Source: Candidatus Latescibacterota bacterium
GTDB taxonomy: Bacteria > JAAXHH01
DNA: 64,000 nucleotides
Reading direction: 5' to 3'
NCBI GenBank assembly: GCA_022823465.1
Contig: JAJEHX010000038.1
Span: 103,493 to 167,492, forward strand
Positions 1 through 10,130 of this stretch are shown in pieces. Under the pieces are notes generated by a model. The model saw only the letters and a program-made list of their open reading frames with translations. It was not told the origin of the DNA and searched no databases. The first letter of the stretch is position 1; every line of letters starts with the position of its first letter. The translations under genes and the position numbers were made by a program.

Positions 1-46
1 ACGTCCGCTTCCGTGCCCCCCAGGGCCCAGGTGCAGCAGGAAATCG

Positions 47-1438
47 TCATGAACCGGTTCCTCCTTGCTCGTACATCTCGTGATTGAATCGCTGTCCCAG
101 TTGCAGCATGCCCGTCTCCGGATCGCGGGGACCGGTGTCGAAGGGATCGCCGGTTTCCGCCATCCAGCGCTGAAGGCGCGCCTCGCAGTCATCCTGAATC
201 TGCCGGTACGCGGGATCGCCGGCCAGGTTCTTCACCTCGAAGGGATCGTCCCGCCGGTCGAAGAGCAGGGTGTCCCGCTGATGCGCGTGCCAGCGCGCAA
301 AGACCCAGCGGTCGGTCCTGACCCCGCGCCAGTAGCCGACCCATTCGCCCCGGTGCGGCCATCCGGGGCCGAGAATCTGCAGGTAGACCGAATCGTTCCG
401 CGGGCCGGGCCTCCCCGTGAGCACGTGCGACTGGTCCATGCCCTGCACCTCGTCGGGCACGGGCACGTCCGCCATCCCCAGCAAGGTGGGCATCATGTCG
501 ACGCTGCTCACCAGGGCGTCGCTTCTCGTTCCCGGCGCGATCCGTCCCGGCAGCCGGGCGATGAAGGGGACATGGATGGATTCCTCGTAAGGCGTCGCCT
601 TCGAGGCGCGGAAGGAAGGGTGCATCCAGCGGTCCATGGGCTTTCCATAGCCGTGGCTGCTTAGGTGGTCGCCGTGATCGGAGGTGAAGACGACGAGGGT
701 ATCGTTCCGGATGCCCAGCCGTTCCAGCGCGTCATCCAGCCGGCCGAACTGGTCGTCGAGCGCGGTTACGTTTCCGTAGTAGTGGGCTATCTCCCTCCGT
801 GCGAAGGCAGCGAACTGTTCCGGGATGTTGGGCGGCAGATCCACCTTTTCGGGGTCGTAGATATCGTACTCGGAAGGATACTCGTCGTAGGGCCAGTGGG
901 GCGGTCCCCAGCTCAGCGCGAGGGCGAAGGGCCGGTCTGCGTGTTCCCGTACATGGTCCTCCATGAACCGGATCGCCAGCGAGGTTTCTGTTTCAGGCGC
1001 CCATCCGTCCATTTCGATCGGACCCTGCTCGTTCTCGTAGTAGGAGACGTCGTAGTAGTCATGGTTGCAGTCGTAGGCCGCCATGTAATCGAAGCCGTAG
1101 CGATCGTGCTCTCCATAGGGGCCGTAGCCCAGGTGCCACTTGCCGATGTAGGCCGTGCGGTAGTCATGGCCCCCAAGTACCTCGGGAAGGAAGGCCTGGT
1201 CCCGGTGCAGCAGGTACTCGTTGTCCATGACGCCGTTGACGTGGGAATAGCGCCCGGTCAGGAGCTGGCCGCGGTAGGGCGAGCAGATGGGGCAACAGGA
1301 AAACACCTGGTCCAGCACCATGCCTTCGGCGGCGAGCCGGTCCAGGTTGGGGGTCTTTACGACGGGATTTCCGCTGGTACCCATGGCGGAGTACCGGTGC
1401 TGGTCGTCGAATACGAAGAGGATGTTGGGGCGGGACAT
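47..1438 (-). CDS. Sulfatase (arylsulfatase family). The ORF extends to 1609, but the likely start is MSRPNILFVFDDQ at 1438
   Basis: Sulfatase signature C-x-P-x-R in CCPICSPYRGQLLTGRY near the N-terminus. Typical sulfatase length. No obvious signal peptide. Confidence 0.8.
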   Translation of the reverse strand: MSRPNILFVFDDQHRYSAMGTSGNPVVKTPNLDRLAAEGMVLDQVFSCCPICSPYRGQLLTGRYSHVNGVMDNEYLLHRDQAFLPEVLGGHDYRTAYIGKWHLGYGPYGEHDRYGFDYMAAYDCNHDYYDVSYYENEQGPIEMDGWAPETETSLAIRFMEDHVREHADRPFALALSWGPPHWPYDEYPSEYDIYDPEKVDLPPNIPEQFAAFARREIAHYYGNVTALDDQFGRLDDALERLGIRNDTLVVFTSDHGDHLSSHGYGKPMDRWMHPSFRASKATPYEESIHVPFIARLPGRIAPGTRSDALVSSVDMMPTLLGMADVPVPDEVQGMDQSHVLTGRPGPRNDSVYLQILGPGWPHRGEWVGYWRGVRTDRWVFARWHAHQRDTLLFDRRDDPFEVKNLAGDPAYRQIQDDCEARLQRWMAETGDPFDTGPRDPETGMLQLGQRFNHEMYEQGGTGS

Positions 1439-1487
1439 GAATGGTCCTGGTGGGAGGAGGCATGTATGGGCCCTGATGGGTCGGAGC

Positions 1488-2270
1488 CTAGGCGCCGTCC
1501 AGCGCCTTGCGCATTTCGTCTCCTTCCTGCCGCCAGTAGCCGTGCAGAATGTGCACGTCCGTCCCGATACAGAAATGGCGCACGCCCAGATCCAGGTAAT
1601 ACCGGGCATCGTCCGCCGTGTTGATTTCCGCGCGGGGGTTCCTGCCCGCGGCGAGGGACTTCTCGATCACCACGCGTTCGACCTCTTTCACCGCTTCTCT
1701 TTGACCGATTTTGCCCACGTTCACGGAATAATCGGCCGGCCCCCACTGGATCATGTCGATCCCATCGATCTCGAGGATTTCGTCCAGGTGATCCACCGCG
1801 GGTCCCTTTTCGATCATGGCCGCCACGACAATCTCATCCAGGGCGTTTACATATTCCTGGCCGCCACCGTATCCCATGTAGGAAAACCTTCGGGTGGCTA
1901 CGCCGTAGGTACCCTGGGATTCGGGCGTATCCGGCCGCGCGATATCCACGCAGGCACGGAAATCGTCCGGGGTCTTGCAGTCGGCGAAGAGCACGCTCTG
2001 GAATCCGGAACCGATGGCCCGCTGCGCCAGGAATCCCCGCGGCTCCTGGTCGACCTTGATCATCAGGCCGAGATCGTGCAGCTCGGCGGCGCGGCCCAGG
2101 TTGTCCAGGTCATGCAGGTCATAGGGTCCGTATTCTCCCACGAATTCGACGTAATCGTACCGGCCGGTGTGTCCCACAAGCTCGACCACGGAGGGCCAGA
2201 CGGTGTGAATATGAGTGGCCAGGGAGGGCTGGCCGTCCTTGAGGATTTGCCTGAGCTTGTTCGGTCGCAT
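1488..2270 (-). CDS. HpcH/HpaI family class II (pyruvate/2-oxoacid) aldolase
   Basis: About 260 aa TIM-barrel aldolase pattern (GxxDxxxE-like, conserved D/E metal ligands). Similar to 2-keto-3-deoxy-sugar-acid aldolases. Confidence 0.7.
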   Translation of the reverse strand: MRPNKLRQILKDGQPSLATHIHTVWPSVVELVGHTGRYDYVEFVGEYGPYDLHDLDNLGRAAELHDLGLMIKVDQEPRGFLAQRAIGSGFQSVLFADCKTPDDFRACVDIARPDTPESQGTYGVATRRFSYMGYGGGQEYVNALDEIVVAAMIEKGPAVDHLDEILEIDGIDMIQWGPADYSVNVGKIGQREAVKEVERVVIEKSLAAGRNPRAEINTADDARYYLDLGVRHFCIGTDVHILHGYWRQEGDEMRKALDGA

Positions 2271-2332
2271 GTGATGATCTTGCCTTTCCCGGGTTCGTGT
2301 TGCCGTGTCTGGAATCGCGTTGAAACCCTACG

Positions 2333-2896
2333 CTACGACTCTTGCGCCTTCATTTCTTCAAAGGTTTCTATAGCCTGCCCCGCCCATTCGATGTGCATTT
2401 TGACCATGGCGATTTCTCGCTGCAAAGACAGGGCGAGATGGGGTGAAGACTCGGCCTGCACCCTGGTCTGCGCGTTGAGGATGCTGGCATAGGTCTTTGC
2501 CTTGCGCCTGAAGTCCGCAAGAAACCGCAGGGTTTCCTCGTTACTTGCCGTGTCCTCCATGAAGCGGAACCTGAGCATCAGTTCGGCAAGGTTGTCCCGC
2601 AGGTCGGATACGGCGAGTCGCTTGCGCAGCCAGGCCCTGAGGGCCTTTTTCCCTTTCTCGGTCACGTGAAACACTTCCCTTGGCTTCAAACGGGAGCGAT
2701 GGACTACTTCGCTGTCGATAAACCCGTTTTTTTTAAGCTGTTGAAGCGCGGGGTAGATCGAGCCGGGGCTGCTGCTGAACTGGCCCACGGGGGCCGTTTC
2801 AATCTCGATGCGGACGTCATAGCCCGATCGGGGAAGCTGATTCAACATCCCCAGCAGCACGTATCCAAGCAGGGTGGGTGTATACTGTCTGGCCAT
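2333..2896 (-). CDS. PadR-family transcriptional regulator
   Basis: N-terminal winged-helix with LLGYVLLGMLNQLPRSGYDVR and GSIYPALQQLKKNGFI, the typical PadR signature. Confidence 0.75.
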   Translation of the reverse strand: MARQYTPTLLGYVLLGMLNQLPRSGYDVRIEIETAPVGQFSSSPGSIYPALQQLKKNGFIDSEVVHRSRLKPREVFHVTEKGKKALRAWLRKRLAVSDLRDNLAELMLRFRFMEDTASNEETLRFLADFRRKAKTYASILNAQTRVQAESSPHLALSLQREIAMVKMHIEWAGQAIETFEEMKAQES

Positions 2897-3055
2897 AATA
2901 TGATATGATGAATAATAGTACGATTCGATCTAATCTACATGTTCCAGGCTGGCCTGCCAAGCATAGAATGACGGGCGGGCGCGGATTTCCTGGTCACTTC
3001 CGTCCCTTCGTGGGTATCGAACTGTCATTAGTACTTACTGGTGTAACGATGACGT

Positions 3056-3877
3056 TTACTGGCCATCCGCGGCCTGTTGCTGTCGCCAGACCTCGAATTC
3101 AGCCGTCATTTCGGGTGTCCATTCGCGGTCGATCTCGCCGGGCGTGTAGGTGCCCTCGCGAAGCTGCTGGTGTCCCCACGCATCCCGCATCCGGGTTTCT
3201 TCCGATTCGATGACGACCTGTTCCGCCAGGTGCGGCGGAATGAAGATGACCCCTTCCCGCGTTCCGAGTACGATATCGCCGGGTACGCAGGTAGCCTCGA
3301 GACCAATACGAACGGGCACGTTTATGCCAAGCAGGGTTACGTCGGCGATGGCCGTGGGATCGACCCCCCGGATATAAGACATCATCGGGATCTCGTAGAG
3401 CCTCTGCAGGTCCCGGATCCCTCCGTCTATGACCATGCCGGTACCGGTCTTGGCATAGATGGAATTGCCGAGATTGTCACCGGCGAAAGTACCGAACTTG
3501 ACCTTTCCAAAGAGGTCGATGACGATCACGTCATTGGGTTCGAGTGTATCGATTACCCAGGAGTTCTGGCCGCCTATGCAACCCTGTTTCTCGCCGTCGG
3601 CCTGGATGGCCGTTTCCAGGTCCGGCCGGGTGGGCACATACACGCCGGTTACCGCGCGGCCGACCAGTGTGCGATCGGGATGGAGGATCTGCCAGTCCCC
3701 CGCGAACTGGTAGTTGTATCCCTTGCCGCCGATGACGCCCCAGGCTTCCTCGATGGTTACCTTCTTCATCCGTTCCAGAATGCTATCAGGCACGACGGGG
3801 CGTCCGTCCGGACCCCGTTCGCCGTCCCACTGCGAGGTGACGGCTCGCGTGAAATCCGGACTGTTCAAGCCGATCAT
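3056..3877 (-). CDS. RraA-like / 4-hydroxy-4-methyl-2-oxoglutarate aldolase family protein. Start taken at MIGLNSPDF, preceded by GGAG.
   Basis: RraA/MenG-fold motifs (GDNLG..., DGGIRD). Family of class II pyruvate aldolases / oxaloacetate decarboxylases. Confidence 0.6.
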   Translation of the reverse strand: MIGLNSPDFTRAVTSQWDGERGPDGRPVVPDSILERMKKVTIEEAWGVIGGKGYNYQFAGDWQILHPDRTLVGRAVTGVYVPTRPDLETAIQADGEKQGCIGGQNSWVIDTLEPNDVIVIDLFGKVKFGTFAGDNLGNSIYAKTGTGMVIDGGIRDLQRLYEIPMMSYIRGVDPTAIADVTLLGINVPVRIGLEATCVPGDIVLGTREGVIFIPPHLAEQVVIESEETRMRDAWGHQQLREGTYTPGEIDREWTPEMTAEFEVWRQQQAADGQ

Positions 3878-3994
3878 GTAAGGCTCCTGTCTCCTTGTCG
3901 CGTACGCGGATCTCCCGTTCCGCACACGAGGGATAATCCCCGGCGCGCATGGAGATCGTTTCGCGTCGCGGTTTCGAGGGAAAAACCGGTCAAC

Positions 3995-4816
3995 CTACCT
4001 GGTCTGCGGCCCCAGCGTCTTCAGATCGATGAAGGGCATGGCCTGGCCGATGACCTGGGGGAAATGGCCGTCCCATTTCTCGATCGCTCGAAGTTGAAGC
4101 AGGGTCGGTGTGATCGTGGCACGCTGCAGGCGCTGGGCCTCGGCTTCCGCCTCGGCCTGGGCGATCTTCTGCTCGGCTTCGATCCGGATGCGCTCCAGGT
4201 CGCGCTGGGCCTTCAGGGCCTGCTGCTCGGCCGTCTGCTTGGCCTCGATCGCCAGGTTGAAGGTCTGCGAAAAGGAAAAGTCGACGATATTGAACTCGTC
4301 CACGATCATGTTGAAGGTTATCAGCCGTTCCGTGAGGGACTCCTTGATCTCATCCTTGACATCGGCTCGGCGCGTGATCAGCTCTTCCGCCGTGTACTGG
4401 GCGGATACCGCCTTGACGGCTTCCTGCACCGCCGGATCGATGACCCGCTCCTTGAAGAAGATCCCGATTTCCTGGTAGACCGTGTTCACTGCGCCGGGAT
4501 CCACGTGATAGTTCAGCGCAATCGTCGAAGAGACGGTCTGCAGATCCTTGGTGGAAGCCGTGGCGGCCGTTTCCGATTTCTTGATCTTGACGTCGACGGG
4601 GATCACATCTTCGATGAAGGGCAGTTTGAACTGCAGGCCTTCGGACAGGACGCGTTCCTGGACGCCACCGAACTTGCTGAACACCACGCCGCGCTCCCCG
4701 GCGCCTATTACGGCGTAAGAGTTGTACAACACCAGGAGCACAACGATGCCGATGGCGATCTTGAGATAGGGTATGTTGCTGCCGGGAAGCTGCTCCCGGA
4801 TATCATATTCAGACAT
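3995..4816 (-). CDS. SPFH/band-7 (prohibitin/HflC-like) membrane protein
   Basis: N-terminal TM helix, SPFH core, C-terminal coiled-coil with AEAEAEAQRLQ repeat. Confidence 0.8.
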   Translation of the reverse strand: MSEYDIREQLPGSNIPYLKIAIGIVVLLVLYNSYAVIGAGERGVVFSKFGGVQERVLSEGLQFKLPFIEDVIPVDVKIKKSETAATASTKDLQTVSSTIALNYHVDPGAVNTVYQEIGIFFKERVIDPAVQEAVKAVSAQYTAEELITRRADVKDEIKESLTERLITFNMIVDEFNIVDFSFSQTFNLAIEAKQTAEQQALKAQRDLERIRIEAEQKIAQAEAEAEAQRLQRATITPTLLQLRAIEKWDGHFPQVIGQAMPFIDLKTLGPQTR

Positions 4817-4870
4817 TTCTACTCCTCCTTCTACTTAATGAACCAACGAGAACATGCGTTGAAGCGGTTT

Positions 4871-5899
4871 TCACGCGTTGATTTGTAGCAACACTTTCAG
4901 CGAATCCCGGGCGGCGGCGGTGACCTCCATGCCCCGCCGCGTCTCCGATAATGGAAATCGATGGGTGACGACCTCGTCGGAAGTCACCACACCTGCCTCG
5001 ATCAGGTCCAGCGCCATGCGGGTGTCGTGGGGACCGCAGGAATAACTGCACACGATCGATACGTCGTTAAAGTACAGGTCGAAGGGCCTGAAGGCAAGCA
5101 CATCCTCCTCCGGCGAGGACATGAAAAGAAGCACGATTCCGCCTTTGCCGACGCAGGTCAGTCCGGCCTCCATCGCGGGGATGCTGCCGGGGCCGACGAT
5201 CACCGCGTCGGCCATGACTCCGCCGGTGAGTTCATGCACGGACTCGGCCAGGTCATGGTCCCGCACGTCCACGACGTGGTCCATGCCGAGTTCGAGCGCC
5301 TTATTCAGCCGATAGTCCACCCTGTCGGCCCCGATGACCGTCTTCGCGCCGTAGTGCCGGGCCACGATCCCGTTCAACATCCCCATGAGTCCCAGTCCGA
5401 TGACGAGCACGATGTCACCGGGTCGGACTCGGGCGCGTTCGATCGCCTTCACAGAACAGGCCACGGGCTCGATCAGTGCGCCGTCGTCGAAGGAAACCGA
5501 ATCCGGCAGGACCAGGGTATCGTAGCGGAGGTTGATTTCGGGCACACGGACATACTCTGCCGCACCGCCCGGATCGAGCCGGGTCTGCTTCCAGGTGACG
5601 CACATGGTGAAATTGCCACGGCGGCAGTGGCGGCAGCGGTAGCAGGGCGCGTGGTGATGTATGAACACCCGGTCGCCCACCGACAACCCCTCCACTTCTT
5701 CGCCCAGCGCTTCGATGACCCCGGTGGGCTCGTGCCCGATGACGAGAGGCGCTTTCCGGCGGATGTACCAGGGCGTAACGTCTCCACTGCATATGCCGCA
5801 GCTGCGCATCTTCACCAGGGCGTCTCGCGCCGTGATGACCGGCGTGGCCATCTCCTCGATCCGGATGTCGTCGACGTCGTAAACCTTGGCCGCTTTCAT
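4871..5899 (-). CDS. Zn-dependent alcohol dehydrogenase (MDR superfamily; threonine/sorbitol dehydrogenase-like)
   Basis: CGICSGD...GHEPTGVIE catalytic-Zn motif, CxxCxxC structural Zn site, GLGLMG Rossmann. Confidence 0.85.
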   Translation of the reverse strand: MKAAKVYDVDDIRIEEMATPVITARDALVKMRSCGICSGDVTPWYIRRKAPLVIGHEPTGVIEALGEEVEGLSVGDRVFIHHHAPCYRCRHCRRGNFTMCVTWKQTRLDPGGAAEYVRVPEINLRYDTLVLPDSVSFDDGALIEPVACSVKAIERARVRPGDIVLVIGLGLMGMLNGIVARHYGAKTVIGADRVDYRLNKALELGMDHVVDVRDHDLAESVHELTGGVMADAVIVGPGSIPAMEAGLTCVGKGGIVLLFMSSPEEDVLAFRPFDLYFNDVSIVCSYSCGPHDTRMALDLIEAGVVTSDEVVTHRFPLSETRRGMEVTAAARDSLKVLLQINA

Positions 5900-5915
5900 G
5901 GGCTATGCCTCGGGA

Positions 5916-6944
5916 TCAGGGAATGATCGCATACTTCATTGTACTATTCCCCAGGAAATTCCGAAAAGTCTCCGGCACTTCTTCCAGCGTGCGATCGCCC
6001 GTGATCAGGGGGGTGACGTCGAGTCGTCCGTCCGCGAGCAGATGGTAGGCGTTCCGGACTGCTTCCGGCGTAAAGTGAAAAACGCCCTTCAGGGTGATCT
6101 GGTCGTAGTGGAGCCTGGCGGTGTCGTAGGTAACCGTCGTGCCGCCGGGGCAGCCTCCGAAAAGGACGACGCAGCCGCCCCTGTCGACCATGGTGACGGC
6201 TTCCTCCCAGACGGCCGGCAGCCCGGTGCACTCGAAGACGACGGGCGACCCGTGGCCCCCGGTGGCTTCCAGCACCGCTTCGGTGGCATGCTCCCGGTCG
6301 CTGTCGATGACGAGATCCGCGCCGACCCTCGCGGCGGTCTCGAGACGGTAGTCGTGGCGCCCCGATACGATAACCCGCTTTACGCCCATTTCCTTCAGCA
6401 CCATGACGTGCAGCAGCCCGATGGCGCCGGCGCCGATGACGACCGCCGATTCGGAAGATCCGACGGGCGCCTGGCTGATGCCGTAGGCCACGCAGGACAG
6501 CGGCTCCAGCATGGCTGCCTCGCGATGGTCGAGGTCATCGGGCTTGGGATACATGTTCGCGTCGACCACCGGGGCGGGAACCTTCAGATATTCGGCGTAG
6601 GCGCCCAGGGCCATTGTTTTCGTCAGGTGCGGGCACAGGTTCTGAAGCGATCGCCTGCAGTAAAGGCATTTCCCGCAGGGCGCCGTGTGTACGGACATGA
6701 CGGGCTGCCCGACGGAAAACCGTTCCACCCTCTTCCCTTTGTCGACGATCACCCCTGAAAACTCGTGGCCGAAGAGGGTCGGGGGCGGCATAAGATGATG
6801 CCCTCTCCGGTACGCTTTCAAATCCGTACCGCAGGTGAGGGCGGATTTTACCTGTACGACAACGTCGTCCGGTCCCGCGACGGGCATGTCGACATCGTCG
6901 CGGGTCTCGATCCGTCCGGGTTCAACAAGTACACATGCGCGCAT
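5916..6944 (-). CDS. Zn-dependent alcohol dehydrogenase (MDR superfamily), in tandem with the previous paralog
   Basis: CGTDLKAY...GHEFSGVIV, CGKCLYC, GAGAIG motifs. Confidence 0.85.
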   Translation of the reverse strand: MRACVLVEPGRIETRDDVDMPVAGPDDVVVQVKSALTCGTDLKAYRRGHHLMPPPTLFGHEFSGVIVDKGKRVERFSVGQPVMSVHTAPCGKCLYCRRSLQNLCPHLTKTMALGAYAEYLKVPAPVVDANMYPKPDDLDHREAAMLEPLSCVAYGISQAPVGSSESAVVIGAGAIGLLHVMVLKEMGVKRVIVSGRHDYRLETAARVGADLVIDSDREHATEAVLEATGGHGSPVVFECTGLPAVWEEAVTMVDRGGCVVLFGGCPGGTTVTYDTARLHYDQITLKGVFHFTPEAVRNAYHLLADGRLDVTPLITGDRTLEEVPETFRNFLGNSTMKYAIIP

Positions 6945-7161
6945 CGGTGTGTATCCGAGATGGCCGGTTCGATCAAAAGGAACGGTCTGTCTTACCGATT
7001 TGACGACCGGATTACGATCCTGGTTTCACGGACGCCTTTCACGGACGCCTATTATACGCCCATGGCCGCGCGAGCGCAAGGACAGGCAGCGGCCGGCACC
7101 AAAAAGGGATGTGCGGGTTAATTGTATTGACACCCCGCCAACCGCCCGGTATCGTTTTTCC

Positions 7162-8253
7162 ATGCTCATCTTCGACGGCGACTATCCCATGGCGTATGGC
7201 GGCATCGAACTCAACCGGGACGTCACGTGTTCCCTGGCCGATATGCGCGCGGCCGATGAACATCCGGACAACGTCGCCTTCGCCTGCCTGCCCGAGATGC
7301 GCCGCGGTGGAGTCGCTGCCGCCCTGATGAAGTTCACCGTGCGCCGCAAGCGTGAGAACAGCATATTGTCGGGCCTGGTGGGGACCGCGGCCGTCTACGG
7401 GGCCGCCCGCGGACAGCTCGCCTACTACCACGTGTTGGCGGAACAGGGGGAAGGCGTCGTTCTTACCGACGGGCAGGCCCTGGAAAAGCATGTGGGTATT
7501 TGGGAAAAAGCGGAAGATACGGATGCGTTGCCCGTGGGTTTCGTCCTCGGCATGGAAGGCGCGGATCCGATCCTCTGGCCCGGCCAGGTCCATGAATGGT
7601 TCGAAGCGGGCGTCCGTGTAGTGAGCCTTACCCACTACGGCCCGAGCACCTACGCTCACGGCACGGGTTCCGTGGGCGGGCTGTTTGCTCCCGCCAGGGA
7701 GTTGCTGCGCGAGATGTCCTCCTGCGGCATGCTACTCGATATGACGCACATATCGGACGAGAGCTTCTTCGAAGCCGTGGATCTGTACGATGGTCCGATC
7801 CTGGCCAGTCATCAGAACTGCCGGGCCCTCGTCCCCGGCCAGCGTCAGTTCTCCGACGAACAGCTCAGGATCGTGATCGAAAGGGGCGGTGTCGTCGGCG
7901 CGTCCATGGACACCTGGATGCTCTGTCCATGGTATATCCTCGACTGGTCGAACACCGAAGGATACAAACGCCGGGACTATTTCCGCCGCGAGGATATTTC
8001 ACTGAGCCACGTGGCCGATCATATCGATCACGTGTGCCAGCTGGCCGGCAACGCCGATCATGCGGCGATCGGCGGAGATACCGACGGCCAGGGCGGCATT
8101 GACGGAGCGCCCTCCGATGTCGATTCCATCGCCGATTACCAGTTGCTGGCCCCCATCCTCGAAGAGCGGGGCTATGCCCGGGAAGACATCGAGAAGATCA
8201 TGTACCGGAACTGGGTACGATTCTATACGGAGCATCTGCCGAAAGACGGCTGA
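7162..8253 (+). CDS. Membrane (renal) dipeptidase family M19 protein. Start at MLIFDGDYP (7162).
   Basis: LDMTHISDESFFEAVDLYDGPILASHQNCRAL block matches the M19 D[LM]SHxSDxTF...ASHSxARAL core. The N-terminal HND metal motif is divergent. Confidence 0.6.
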   Translation: MLIFDGDYPMAYGGIELNRDVTCSLADMRAADEHPDNVAFACLPEMRRGGVAAALMKFTVRRKRENSILSGLVGTAAVYGAARGQLAYYHVLAEQGEGVVLTDGQALEKHVGIWEKAEDTDALPVGFVLGMEGADPILWPGQVHEWFEAGVRVVSLTHYGPSTYAHGTGSVGGLFAPARELLREMSSCGMLLDMTHISDESFFEAVDLYDGPILASHQNCRALVPGQRQFSDEQLRIVIERGGVVGASMDTWMLCPWYILDWSNTEGYKRRDYFRREDISLSHVADHIDHVCQLAGNADHAAIGGDTDGQGGIDGAPSDVDSIADYQLLAPILEERGYAREDIEKIMYRNWVRFYTEHLPKDG

Positions 8254-8277
8254 TAGTTCAGACAAGGAATCTGTTGT

Positions 8278-10035
8278 ATGGGCACCTTCTTCAAAGGCGC
8301 GGGTCTCCCTGGCACTCAAGGGGCGGGGCTTACTGGCACTCAGGGCGCGGGGCTTGCTGGATACGCCTGCCTTGCGGTAGCCGTCCTTTTTCTGAACGGA
8401 TGCGGCGCCGATCAGGATACTCAGCAGGACGCCAGTGAGACTTGGGTCAATTCCATCGGCCGCCAGTTGCCGGAGGACGCGGCTCCGCCGGACCAGCAGC
8501 GGTTCCGCTACATGTTCCGTGAGCCATCCACACTGGACATCAGCGTGGCGGCCTACGAAGCCGACGGCACGTACTTCGCCTTCGAGCGACTGGTCCTGCT
8601 GGACGAAAACAACGAACTGGTGCCCGCCGCGGCGGACCGCTGGGAATCTTCGGAAGACGGCCGGACGTGGACCTTCCACCTCCGCGAAGGCGCGCGGTGG
8701 AGCGACGGCAGGGACGTCACGGCCCAGGATTTCGAGTACTCCTTTCGCCGCATGCTGGATCCGGCCAGCGGGAACATCTACGCCTTTCTCTACTACGTGA
8801 TCAAGAACGGCCGGGCCTTCAACCAGGGCGAACTGACGGACGTGGAGCAGGTGGGTATCCGCGCGGTGGACGATCTCACCTTCGAGATCGAGACGGAGGG
8901 GCCCTGTCCGTACCTGCCCTACATCGTCTCCTTTATCACATCCTCGCCCGTACCACGGTGGCAGGTGGAGAAATTCGGCGCGAAATGGACCGAACCGGGG
9001 CATTGCGTGTCCAATTTCACCTACAGGCTGGCGGAATGGAACACGGGTTCCGACATGACGTTCACGCTGGACCCGAACTACAACGGTCCCCACAAGGCGT
9101 TGCTCGAGGAGATCATTGTCAAGTTCATCGGCGCCCAGCGGCCGGGCACGCTGCCCTATGAAAACGGTGAGGTCGACGCCTATCGCCTGGATCCCATCGA
9201 CTACGAGCGGGTGCTTCAGGACAGTGAACTCGTGCGGGAGATTCACCGGATGCCGGAGTTCACCACGTGGTACCTGTTCTTCCAGACCCGGCAGCCTCCC
9301 TTCGACGACACCCGGGTCAGGAGGGCCATCGCGCACGCCGTCGACCGGTCGGTGCTGAGCAGCACGGTCCTCAACGATCTCGCCATCCCGGCCTACTCCA
9401 TGCTCCCGCCGGGCTTCCCCGGTTATTCGGCGGATCGGTTCAAGGCGTCCCAGACCTACGATCCCGATGAGGCGCGGCGGCTGATGGCGGAAGCGGGCTA
9501 TCCGGATGGACGGGGCTTCCCGAAGACGGAACTCTGGCTGCGGGTGGCCGATACGGGGATCAACCGCATCGCGGGTGAGGCCGTGCAGGCCATGCTGAAG
9601 GAGACGCTGGGCATTGAACTCGAAATCAGGTACCAGCAGCGCAACATCTTCAACGAGAACCTGTTCCAGTGGCAGATCCCCATGGGCATGCTGGTCTTCG
9701 TCTACGACTACCCGGATCCCTCCAACATGCTTGGCCTCCTGTGGCGGTCCCAGCCCAGGGGATATGCCCGCCATGACTGGCTGCACGCGGAATTCGACGG
9801 CCTGCTCGACCGGGCCAATACCCATATGGACCCCGCGGTCCGCTACGACCTGTACGCCCGGGCCGAGCGCATCCTGGCGGAGGAGGCGGGGGCCGTCTTT
9901 CTCTTCCATCCGGTGATCACCGAACTGCGAAAACCCTATCTCCGGGGCGTCAAGCAGGACCGGGACGGCCGCGTAGTGCCGATCATATCTATCCAGACCG
10001 TGAATTTCACAGAAATGTACATCGCCCGCCACTGA
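8278..10035 (+). CDS. ABC transporter substrate-binding lipoprotein, family 5 (oligopeptide/dipeptide/nickel). No cognate permease or ATPase genes adjacent.
   Basis: Lipobox LNGC after a hydrophobic stretch; SBP_bac_5-like length and composition. The n-region contains three 24-bp in-frame repeats (GAGLPGTQ). Confidence 0.75.
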   Translation: MGTFFKGAGLPGTQGAGLTGTQGAGLAGYACLAVAVLFLNGCGADQDTQQDASETWVNSIGRQLPEDAAPPDQQRFRYMFREPSTLDISVAAYEADGTYFAFERLVLLDENNELVPAAADRWESSEDGRTWTFHLREGARWSDGRDVTAQDFEYSFRRMLDPASGNIYAFLYYVIKNGRAFNQGELTDVEQVGIRAVDDLTFEIETEGPCPYLPYIVSFITSSPVPRWQVEKFGAKWTEPGHCVSNFTYRLAEWNTGSDMTFTLDPNYNGPHKALLEEIIVKFIGAQRPGTLPYENGEVDAYRLDPIDYERVLQDSELVREIHRMPEFTTWYLFFQTRQPPFDDTRVRRAIAHAVDRSVLSSTVLNDLAIPAYSMLPPGFPGYSADRFKASQTYDPDEARRLMAEAGYPDGRGFPKTELWLRVADTGINRIAGEAVQAMLKETLGIELEIRYQQRNIFNENLFQWQIPMGMLVFVYDYPDPSNMLGLLWRSQPRGYARHDWLHAEFDGLLDRANTHMDPAVRYDLYARAERILAEEAGAVFLFHPVITELRKPYLRGVKQDRDGRVVPIISIQTVNFTEMYIARH

Positions 10036-10130
10036 ATCGCCGCGAATTGCATGGAATCAACCGGCGTATTGCATGTAGCACGCCGCTGATTTGCTGTGGC
10101 CGGTCGCCGCCCTGACCATCCGATATCTTC

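Noticed and set aside
65-1624. Long plus-strand ORFs (199 and 319 aa) overlapping the sulfatase gene
   Set aside because: They run antisense to a gene with a clear family signature (CxPxR). Their Arg/Gly/Pro-rich composition is typical of GC-rich frame shadows.
6765-7121. 118-aa plus-strand ORF between the ADH and dipeptidase genes
   Set aside because: Its 5' half is antisense to the ADH gene terminus. No motifs. Probably spurious.
7999-10032. 677-aa minus-strand ORF
   Set aside because: Antisense to the SBP lipoprotein gene, which has a lipobox and a family-like sequence. It has no recognizable motifs and a low-complexity composition.
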